Part shown: positions 17,497 through 24,607 of the stretch, piece after piece
Layout of the letters: every line of letters starts with the position of its first letter
Numbering within the stretch: position 1 is the stretch's first letter
Assembly (NCBI GenBank): GCA_944381345.1
Contig: CALWKU010000010.1
Coordinates: 1 to 50,044, forward strand
DNA length: 50,044 bases
Origin: an uncultured Christensenellaceae bacterium
Lineage (GTDB): Bacteria > Bacillota > Clostridia > Christensenellales > UBA3700
Reading direction: 5' to 3'
Position numbers and translations under genes: made by a program
The notes under the pieces: model-generated
The model's database searches: none
The model's input: the letters and a program-made list of their open reading frames with translations, nothing else
What the model was told of the DNA's origin: nothing

Positions 17497-17645
17497 GATC
17501 CCTCCTGCCGAAACATTATAGCTCCGCGCGTCTCTCAATGCGTCGCGTGCGACTATTTGAGCGACGATCTGCGAATATTCGCGCGTTTATGCGCGCGACG
17601 CATGACCGCGTTTTTGCGGATATACGCGCTGTTTGACGAATATCC

Positions 17646-19547
17646 TCACATTTCGCCGAGAGTAAAATGTACGACCGCGCCCTCGTATAGTTCCGCCCCT
17701 GCGACAGGGAATTGCGCGATCACGGCCGTCCCCTCGCCCGAGTATTCGTACTGCAGTCCGGACGCCTTGACGCTTGCCGCAGCTTGCGTCAGGCTCATCC
17801 CGTACAGCTGCGGCATCTCCGTCGACGAGGGCGCTGCGTTTTCATCGTACTTTGGCTGCTCCCCGAACGCCGCGAACGCTCCCGAAAATATCTGCCCGAC
17901 GTAGGGCGCGGCGACGATGCTGCCGTAATAGACGTATCCTTGCGGCTCGTCTACTTTGAACAGACATACGATGGTTCTGCCGTCCATCTCCGTAAATCCT
18001 ATAAACGACGAGATGTATTTCCCGTTCGCTATCGAACCGTTCTCATACTTTTGAGCGGTGCCCGTCTTGCCTCCAATCCTGTATCCGGGAACATACGCGT
18101 TTTTTCCTCCGCCCTCCTCGACGACGGAATAGAGATACTCTTTCATCTGCTCCGACGTGCTTTCCGACACGGTCGCGCCTCTAATTTGCGGTCCGTTTTC
18201 GTACAGCGTTTCGCCGTCCGCCGACTCTATGGACGAAAGGACGTACGGTCTGAGCAGCCTGCCTCCGTTGATGACCGAACAGACCGCGGAGGCAAGCCCT
18301 ATCGGCGTAGACGCAACTGCCTGACCGAAGCCTATACGCGCAAGGTCTACGGGTTTTACCGACTGCTCGGCGAGAAGTATTCCCGCCCCCTCGCCCGGCA
18401 GATCGATCCCGGTGCGCGATCCGATGCCGAAATCTTCGAGATAGTCGTACACGGTCTCCGCTCCGGCGGACAGAGCGATGTCCATGAACACGCAGTTGCA
18501 CGAATTCATAATCCCGTGCGCAAAGTCCTGACTGCCGTGCCCTATGCTGCGCCAACAGCGTATCCTCGCGCCGTCGACCGTGCGGTAGCCCGGACAGTAG
18601 TAGGAATCGCGTATCAGTCCCTCCTCGACGCCCATCGCCGCCGTCAGTATTTTGAACGTGGAACCGGGTTCGTAAACGTCGGAGACGAGCGTGTTCTTCG
18701 CGCCCGTCAGCAAAAAGGCGATGTCGTCGCGCGGCAAGTCGTTGAGATCGTAAGTAGGCGCGCCCGCCATGGCAAGCACTTCGCCCGTATCGGCGTCCAT
18801 CATCAGACAGGACGCAGACAGAGGCGAATACTTTTCTACCGCGTCCCTTACGGCTTTTTCTGCAAGACTTTGCAAAGTTACGTCTATCGTCAGCCGCGCC
18901 GTCGGACCGTCGATCGGCGCGAGATATGACGTAGCCGTTCCGTCCAGTCTGCCGCCTATCAGATCCGTCTCGGTGTACGCCGCACCGTCCACGCCTTTAA
19001 GCCACGCGTCATAATAAAGCTCTATCCCGCTCTGTCCCGTTCCGTCGGCGTTGACAAAGCCTATCAATTGAGTCGCAAAATTGCCCATATCGTAATAGCG
19101 CGCGCTGTCTTTGACTACGTACACGCCGTCCAATCCGCGCGAGCGCAGTTCGAGCGCGCTCGTCTCTCCTACTCCGGCTACGGCTTTTACTTCGGACACT
19201 CCCTTTTTGTCAATCTTTGCCAGCACGCGTTCGTACTCGACGCCGCAGCACTCGGCAATCGCCCGAGCTGTCGTCTGAACACTCTTTGTCTCCACCGGGC
19301 GCACATATACGGTGAACACGTCGTACGACGACGCCAGCGTCTCTCCGTCCCGCGCGACTATCTTGCCGCGTGCAGCGCGCATGGGCAGATCGCGCGTCCA
19401 CTGTCCGTAGGCGCGTTGGGTCAGCCCCTCGCCTTGTACGATCTGCAAGTAGAACAGTCTGCCCGTCAAAGCGCAAAAAAGAAGGGCTATCAGCAGCATT
19501 GCCGCAAATAGCCTTCCTTTGAATGTGATGTGGGAAATATTGCGCAT
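17646..19547 (-). CDS. class B penicillin-binding protein (FtsI/PBP2B/SpoVD type) with a C-terminal PASTA domain
   Basis: Has an N-terminal TM anchor, transpeptidase motifs STFK, SNC-type SxN and KTGT, and a C-terminal PASTA-like ~60 aa (MPQLYGMSLTQAAASVKASGL...). The SD GGAGG is present. Confidence 0.9.
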   Translation of the reverse strand: MRNISHITFKGRLFAAMLLIALLFCALTGRLFYLQIVQGEGLTQRAYGQWTRDLPMRAARGKIVARDGETLASSYDVFTVYVRPVETKSVQTTARAIAECCGVEYERVLAKIDKKGVSEVKAVAGVGETSALELRSRGLDGVYVVKDSARYYDMGNFATQLIGFVNADGTGQSGIELYYDAWLKGVDGAAYTETDLIGGRLDGTATSYLAPIDGPTARLTIDVTLQSLAEKAVRDAVEKYSPLSASCLMMDADTGEVLAMAGAPTYDLNDLPRDDIAFLLTGAKNTLVSDVYEPGSTFKILTAAMGVEEGLIRDSYYCPGYRTVDGARIRCWRSIGHGSQDFAHGIMNSCNCVFMDIALSAGAETVYDYLEDFGIGSRTGIDLPGEGAGILLAEQSVKPVDLARIGFGQAVASTPIGLASAVCSVINGGRLLRPYVLSSIESADGETLYENGPQIRGATVSESTSEQMKEYLYSVVEEGGGKNAYVPGYRIGGKTGTAQKYENGSIANGKYISSFIGFTEMDGRTIVCLFKVDEPQGYVYYGSIVAAPYVGQIFSGAFAAFGEQPKYDENAAPSSTEMPQLYGMSLTQAAASVKASGLQYEYSGEGTAVIAQFPVAGAELYEGAVVHFTLGEM

Positions 19548-19630
19548 GGCTACCTCCGTGACCGAAGGCGCTTACGCTTGGTATAATCGATTATTTTAAC
19601 ATACTTCCGAATATTTTCGAGTTGTATGTA

Positions 19631-20293
19631 TTACCGCGACAGCATATCGCAGAACTCGTCGAACCAATTGGTCGTCGTGTCGTACTCATAGCCCGTCAGT
19701 CTGTCGGTCTCCAAACTCACGGTCGTTCCGTCCTCTGTGCGCGCGGAGAAGATCTCCTCTTGGCTGTATTCCGCATTCGGCGTTTCCGCTTCGACAACGG
19801 CGTCGTCGTTGAACATCACGACGTTGGTGATGACAAGCGACGCGATCAGCGCGACCAGCGCGAAATAGACGGCGATCAAAAACTTGGATCTGCCGTGACG
19901 AACCTGTTTTTTCGCACGGGCGGGAGCGCCGAACTCGACAGGCTCGAACGCACTTTTGCTCTCTCCGCTAACTTCGTAGTCGTCCTGCGAACGGTAGTAA
20001 CTTCCGTATTCGCCGCGCGGCGCCTCGTAGCGATAGTCGTCGCGGCGATAGGTATAGTCGCGTACGTCCTCATAGTCGTAGCGGTCGGAATATGCGCTGC
20101 GGCTGTATCCGTCGTCGCGGCGGTATCCGTCGTCGCGGCGGTCATAGATGTCGGAGCGATAATCGTCATAGCCGTAACCGCGCTCGCGCATCGATCTGTC
20201 TACCGCGTCCTCGCGTCTTTGGGCAAAATAGTCCGCGCGGAAGTCTAAATCGTTCCGCTCGGTCTCCCTCTCTCTTTCCTTCAAGATATTCAT
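19631..20293 (-). CDS. bitopic membrane protein in the FtsL position, with an R/D/Y-rich disordered cytoplasmic domain
   Basis: Lies between rsmH and the PBP, where ftsL normally sits. It has about 140 aa of low complexity (GYGYDDYRSDIYDRRDDGYRRDDGYSRSAYSDRYDYEDVRDY...), one TM helix (FLIAVYFALVALIASLVITNVVMF) and a ~55-aa extracytoplasmic tail. No family was recognised. Confidence 0.65.
   Translation of the reverse strand: MNILKERERETERNDLDFRADYFAQRREDAVDRSMRERGYGYDDYRSDIYDRRDDGYRRDDGYSRSAYSDRYDYEDVRDYTYRRDDYRYEAPRGEYGSYYRSQDDYEVSGESKSAFEPVEFGAPARAKKQVRHGRSKFLIAVYFALVALIASLVITNVVMFNDDAVVEAETPNAEYSQEEIFSARTEDGTTVSLETDRLTGYEYDTTTNWFDEFCDMLSR
20105..20140. repeat. perfect 18-bp tandem duplication inside the FtsL-slot gene
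   Basis: GTATCCGTCGTCGCGGCG occurs twice back to back (20105-20122 and 20123-20140). It is in frame and encodes RRDDGY twice. Confidence 0.9.
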
Positions 20294-20311
20294 ATGACTC
20301 TCTCCTTCTCT

Positions 20312-21253
20312 CTATGCTCGGACGCGCTGTGCTATCCTGAGTTTTGCGCTCTGCGAGCGCGGATTTGCCTCTCTCTCCTGCTCCGACGCCACGATCGGTT
20401 TTTTGGTCAGGATCTCGACCTCTTTTTTCTTGCCGCAAGTGCATATCGGCTGTCTCGGCGGACATATACAGTCGGCTTCGAGAAATTTGAACGCCGTCTT
20501 GACCGCCCTGTCTTCGAGCGAATGAAAGGATATCACACATATCCTGCCGCCCGGTTTCAGCATCAAAGCCAGCTTTTCGATAGTTTCTTTCAAGCCGTCA
20601 AGCTCGCCGTTGACTTCGATCCTTATCGCCTGAAACGTACGTTTGCAGGTACTCGCTCTGCCCTTTCTGTCCTTGGGCGGATAGCACCTCTCCGTTATCT
20701 CTGCAAGTTGCGCCGTGGTCGCTATCGTCTCGGTCTGCCTGTGTCGAACTATCTCCTTTGCGATCTTTCTTGCGTACCTCTCTTCGCCGTATCTGAAGAT
20801 GATGTCCGCAAGCCTCTGTTCGGGATATTCGTTGACGACGTTGAACGCCGTCAGATATTGCTCCTTGTCCATCCTCATATCCAGGGGGGCGTCCGCGCTG
20901 TAAGAAAAACCTCTTTCCGCGCTGTCGAGCTGATATGACGACACGCCGAGATCCATGAGCACTCCGTCAAGCCGCGTAATGCCGGCGCTTGAAAGCCTTT
21001 CCGGCGCGTGCTTGAAGTCGTCGTGGACGAAAGTCGTCCTGTCCGCGTAGGGAGCAAGCCTGCGTTTTGCGAACTCTATCGCCTCGGAGTCCTTGTCGAA
21101 CGCGATCAGCTTGCCCGTCGTCAGCCGCGAAGCTATCTCGCCGCTGTGACCTCCGCCTCCCAGCGTGCAGTCGACATATATCCCGTCGCCCTTGATGTCA
21201 AGCCCCTCGACGCACTCGCGGAGCATCACCGGCACGTGGGCGAACTCAGTCAT
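20312..21253 (-). CDS. rsmH: 16S rRNA (cytosine1402-N4)-methyltransferase RsmH (MraW)
   Basis: Contains HVPVMLRECVEGL, DCTLGGGGHS and the DLGVSSYQLD motif. It lies downstream of mraZ. Confidence 0.95.
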   Translation of the reverse strand: MTEFAHVPVMLRECVEGLDIKGDGIYVDCTLGGGGHSGEIASRLTTGKLIAFDKDSEAIEFAKRRLAPYADRTTFVHDDFKHAPERLSSAGITRLDGVLMDLGVSSYQLDSAERGFSYSADAPLDMRMDKEQYLTAFNVVNEYPEQRLADIIFRYGEERYARKIAKEIVRHRQTETIATTAQLAEITERCYPPKDRKGRASTCKRTFQAIRIEVNGELDGLKETIEKLALMLKPGGRICVISFHSLEDRAVKTAFKFLEADCICPPRQPICTCGKKKEVEILTKKPIVASEQEREANPRSQSAKLRIAQRVRA

Positions 21254-21695
21254 TCTTGTTGAGCAGTTTGTCTATCTCGGCGAGGGCGTTGACGTAACTG
21301 TCGCCGGTCTGCTCGAACCTTGCGGCGAACGTCTCTCTGTCCCAGACCTGCAGCCTGTCGTAAAGTCCGACAAAACGCACTTCTCTGCCGATGTGGGCGA
21401 ACTCCTTCATCGTCGCGGGGATGGTGAACCTGCCCTGCGAATCCTCGTTGATCGCCGTCGTGGAGGAGGAATACAGCACAAATGCCTCGTACAGCGGACC
21501 GCCTCCCATCATCGAGACCTTGGACAGCTTGCCCATGACCTCGTCGTATTTGGAGTCTTTGATGAGTTCGAGGCAGCCGTTGCCCTTCTGCAAGTATATA
21601 GTCTTGCAGTCGGCAAAGAAAGGACGGAATTTGCCGGGTATCCGGATTCTGCCCTTGTCGTCGGTTTGAAGATCGACCGTGCCGCCGAGAAACAT
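21246..21695 (-). CDS. mraZ: transcriptional regulator MraZ
   Basis: Begins MFLGGTVDLQTDDKGRIRIPGKFR (first DxxxR/SpoVT-AbrB repeat), and a second repeat contains DSQGRFTIP. The start is at ATG 21695, preceded by the SD GGAGG. The ORF-track extension to 21842 covers the promoter. Confidence 0.9.
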   Translation of the reverse strand: MFLGGTVDLQTDDKGRIRIPGKFRPFFADCKTIYLQKGNGCLELIKDSKYDEVMGKLSKVSMMGGGPLYEAFVLYSSSTTAINEDSQGRFTIPATMKEFAHIGREVRFVGLYDRLQVWDRETFAARFEQTGDSYVNALAEIDKLLNKND

Positions 21696-21725
21696 CGAAT
21701 TGCCTCCTCTCGATTTCGTACCTCT

Positions 21726-21754
21726 ATTGTACAATAGCGAGCGCATACTGTCAA
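21726..21754 (-). promoter_or_regulatory. putative sigma-A promoter of the mraZ/dcw operon
   Basis: The minus strand reads TTGACA (21754-21749), a 17-nt spacer, then TACAAT (21731-21726), about 30 nt upstream of the mraZ ATG. Confidence 0.6.
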
Positions 21755-21778
21755 CCACTAATTTCCATTTTTTTCCAC
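21755..21778 (-). promoter_or_regulatory. candidate MraZ operator: three direct (G/A)TGG repeats at exact 10-bp spacing, abutting the -35 element
   Basis: The minus strand reads GTGGAAAAAA-ATGGAAATTA-GTGG followed directly by TTGACA. MraZ proteins are known to bind short direct repeats with about 10-bp periodicity at their own promoter. Confidence 0.45.
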
Positions 21779-21919
21779 GAAAAGGCAAACACTTGTTCAC
21801 AACCCTTATTTCATCGCACTTTTTCGATATAACCGAAGGCAAAATCTGAAAGCGCCGTCGCGTGCGTAAAGTTTTTATTTTAATTGAAAATAATAAAAAT
21901 TAACTGAAAATCGACGAAT

Positions 21920-21945
21920 GTGGATAAAGTGGATAATTTGGTGGA
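21920..21945 (+). repeat. second cluster of three GTGGA direct repeats
   Basis: The plus strand reads GTGGATAAA-GTGGATAATTTG-GTGGA, with starts at 21920, 21929 and 21941. It sits about 170 nt upstream of the mraZ promoter, in the opposite orientation to the promoter-proximal set. Confidence 0.5.
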
Positions 21946-22129
21946 AAACTCTCCCTATATTTTACCGAATATCGCGTTTCAACGCCTCGTATATGCTAGT
22001 CGACGCCCGTCTATTCCCTGCCGCACCCGCATCGCGGAAAGCGCGCCCCTCTGCGCTTTGAGCATATTTGCCGGTCTGCCGTTTGCCCTGTTTCATATAC
22101 AAAATTACAGAAAGCACCGGAGGTTGCGG

Positions 22130-22162
22130 GCGCGCATCGTTTGCGCGGCAAACGATGCGCGC
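22130..22162. repeat. perfect 15-bp-arm palindrome/hairpin
   Basis: GCGCGCATCGTTTGC-GCG-GCAAACGATGCGCGC. There is no adjacent T-run on either strand, and it lies in non-coding DNA. Confidence 0.8.
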
Positions 22163-22217
22163 TTAGAATCGGTTCGGTCAGATTATCTTTCGTTGCGATA
22201 GGCATTATGATCCTCAT

Positions 22218-22264
22218 ATGCGCGGCGATATATTCAAAGATACTCCGTATCCGCGCAAAAACCT
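22218..22264. repeat. copy 1 of a ~45-bp direct repeat
   Basis: ATGCGCGGCGATATATTCAAAGATACTCCGTATCCGCGCAAAAACCT. It has internal hairpin potential (GCGCGG...CCGCGC). Confidence 0.8.
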
Positions 22265-22360
22265 CCGCGCCCTGCGGCTCTCTTTCCTTATTTCGACGCG
22301 AGGTCTTTGTCCTGACTGCAATAAGGCGTCGTTGCGATGCCGATCGAAAATGTGATCGCT

Positions 22361-22404
22361 ATGCGGCGATATATTCAAAGATACTATGTATCCGCGCAAA
22401 ACCT
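22361..22404. repeat. copy 2 of the ~45-bp direct repeat
   Basis: ATGCGGCGATATATTCAAAGATACTATGTATCCGCGCAAAACCT. By eye it is about 90 % identical to copy 1, which starts 143 bp upstream. Confidence 0.8.
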
Positions 22405-22464
22405 AAGCTCTTTGATAAAAGCAACGACGACATATTCAAGCGGGCAACGCGCTTTTGACGCAAC

Positions 22465-22486
22465 AAAAAAGCGGTCCGAGGACCGC
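22465..22486 (-). terminator. rho-independent terminator after the metallophosphoesterase gene
   Basis: The minus strand reads GCGGTCC-TC-GGACCGC followed by TTTTTT, about 20 nt after the stop at 22506. Confidence 0.75.
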
Positions 22487-22505
22487 ATGGCTAATATGCG
22501 CCGGC

Positions 22506-23198
22506 TTAGACGTCTAAGATATGCGTCAGTTTGTTGCCGACAAGGTCGCATGAGGTCAGATAGTAAGGTATCCCCTTTTTGTCGACAACGAGCCGCGCGC
22601 GCACGTCTTTGCCGTGAAGGTGTCCGTAGACGACCGCGTCGGGCGAATATTCGGCGATGAGATCGGTGAAACGGCTGTCGGCAAACGTCGCGTCGAACGG
22701 CGGATAGTGCGTCATCACGACTACCTTGTCGCCGTCGTTTCTCATCGCGCGCATAGACTGCAAGCTCAAAGACAGTCTGATAAATTCGCGGTCGGCGATT
22801 TTTACGTCCTCATCTTTTGAGGAACCGAGCGTCCAAAGGCGGCTGCCGCACACCAACAAGCAGCCGAGACGCAGACAGTCGTTTTGCACAGCGAACATTC
22901 CTTGAGGCAACGCCTCTCTGACCCTGCCGATAGCGCTCCACCAATAGTCGTGGTTACCGCGCAAAATAAACTTCACGCCCGGCAGCGCGCCCACCTCGGA
23001 AATATCCGGAAGCGCGTCGTCCAACGACATCGCCCACGACAGATCGCCGGCAAGCAGCACGACGTCGCCGTCGGAGACCTTGGCGCGCCAATCGTCTTTT
23101 ATTTTTTGCCAATATCCTTCCCAGCCCGGACCGAATATGTCCATGGGCTTGGACTGAGTGCTGTCGAGATGAAGATCGCTGATCGCAAAGACTTTCAT
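22506..23198 (-). CDS. metallophosphoesterase (calcineurin-like phosphoesterase family)
   Basis: Carries the motifs AISDLHLD, AGDLS, GNHDYWW and a C-terminal GHLH, which are the classic metallophosphoesterase signatures. Confidence 0.85.
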   Translation of the reverse strand: MKVFAISDLHLDSTQSKPMDIFGPGWEGYWQKIKDDWRAKVSDGDVVLLAGDLSWAMSLDDALPDISEVGALPGVKFILRGNHDYWWSAIGRVREALPQGMFAVQNDCLRLGCLLVCGSRLWTLGSSKDEDVKIADREFIRLSLSLQSMRAMRNDGDKVVVMTHYPPFDATFADSRFTDLIAEYSPDAVVYGHLHGKDVRARLVVDKKGIPYYLTSCDLVGNKLTHILDV

Positions 23199-23205
23199 AT
23201 CTGCA

Positions 23206-23234
23206 ATTATATCTTAATCGGACGATCAATGCAA
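23206..23234 (-). promoter_or_regulatory. putative promoter abutting the phosphoesterase ATG
   Basis: The minus strand reads TTGCAT, a 17-nt spacer, then TATAAT (23211-23206). Only 7 nt separate it from the ATG, and there is no SD. Confidence 0.4.
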
Positions 23235-23904
23235 CTTATTACGCAAAGACGAAGCGCTTGCCGCGCACGGAAATATATAAAAACAGACGCCGTAACGACT
23301 GTCCCTCCCGCCCGGATATCCGATTGACGCGTCGAAAAACCGAATTACGATCCGCCCGAAACACTTATCCATACGTTTAGCCGACACGATCTGCCTCCGC
23401 GCCGACGCATTAGCGCGCCGATCGGTGAACGTCAACGCAGGCGGCGCATAAATGACCCTCCCCGCAAACGTCGATCTCGCATCGACCGACAAATACCGCG
23501 CAACCGCCGCGCCGAACGCAAGCTCCCGGCAACAAAATCGCGCTTCTCTTCGCCTCTGCGACTTGGCGAAGATTTACCTAAACTCGGTTATCGAGTCGTC
23601 GCCGCATCCGCTCTTCTCACACATCAACCGTATACCGAATATATTGAAAGTGGGAGCTTGAAATAGTTATAGGATATATCTATATTATTTATAAATCTTG
23701 TAAAATGTAAATTTGTGCACGTTTGTGTATTATAGAACATATATAACAATTTATGTACTGTTTTGGTATGTATTATTATGAAAATTCAGCTAATACAGAA
23801 CAATTTGCCGCGTAAGTCGCAAAAATTCGTCCGCAAGCATATAGATGTATAGCTGCCGAACAGGTGCGAAAATCTCATCTTTCGGCTAAAGGAGGAATAC
23901 ATAT

Positions 23905-24576
23905 ATGTCATTTTCTAACAACTGCAAATCGGATAAGATTCCGGGGCCGATCAGAGGCAACGCGGCAGCCGGACTTTGCGAAAAGGTTTGCATTCAGGTC
24001 GACAAGGTGTTTGACGCGTGCATGAGACGGGACGACCTGACCGATCTGTCTGTGACGATGACCGACGTCACCCCGGGACTTACCGAACCGTACCGCTTTG
24101 TCAGCGCCCGCTCCTCTTCCACCCAGGCTACGGTGTCCGATCTCGTGGTCACGGAACTTCCCGACGCCCCGTGTTATGCGAGGGTCGTCTGCACGATCAA
24201 CGTCCCGGTCCAGGTGGTGTTCACCGACGCTTACGGAGTCACCGGCACGGGAAACGCCACGATCTCGCTTGCGCGCGACGTGATCATGCACGTCTCTGCG
24301 CCGTCGGTTATCCCCTATTCCATTCAATGCACGGCAGGACTCGTCTCGCCAAAAGGCGTGTACGTTTCGGGTAACAGTTTTTCGATCACCGCATGCGTGA
24401 CTACCATACTCAAAGTCACGATGCCGGTGGAGCTGCTAGTTCCGGCTTACGGATACTGCTACATCCCTCCCTGCCGCGAATACACCGAACAGGTCTGCGG
24501 CGGAGTGTCCGATCTGCCGCTATATCCGCAGGAATCGGGCATAGAACCGCGCTGTCCCAATCAGCCGCGCGGTTGA
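23905..24576 (+). CDS. hypothetical Cys-bearing, beta-rich protein (no family recognised)
   Basis: A strong SD (AAAGGAGGAATACATAT-ATG) precedes the start. The product is 223 aa with 12 Cys, is rich in V/T/S, and has no signal peptide or TM helix. It contains the N-terminal motif GLCEKVCIQVDKVFDAC. Codon usage resembles that of neighbouring genes. Confidence 0.7.
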   Translation: MSFSNNCKSDKIPGPIRGNAAAGLCEKVCIQVDKVFDACMRRDDLTDLSVTMTDVTPGLTEPYRFVSARSSSTQATVSDLVVTELPDAPCYARVVCTINVPVQVVFTDAYGVTGTGNATISLARDVIMHVSAPSVIPYSIQCTAGLVSPKGVYVSGNSFSITACVTTILKVTMPVELLVPAYGYCYIPPCREYTEQVCGGVSDLPLYPQESGIEPRCPNQPRG

Positions 24577-24582
24577 AGGTAT

Positions 24583-24607
24583 GCGGAGGCGCGCAAAGCG
24601 TCTCCGC
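24583..24607. terminator. hairpin between convergent genes (possible bidirectional terminator)
   Basis: GCGGAGGCGC-GCAAA-GCGTCTCCGC forms a 10-bp stem with one G-T pair. There is no clear U-tract. It abuts the stop of the giant minus-strand gene. Confidence 0.35.

Noticed and set aside
21920-22458. ORFs 21920-22201 and 22141-22458 (plus) and 22011-22217 and 22214-22399 (minus) in the mraZ-upstream non-coding region.
   Set aside because: They have no SD and start with GTG or TTG. Their sequences are dominated by the palindrome and the direct repeats, and their composition is not protein-like.
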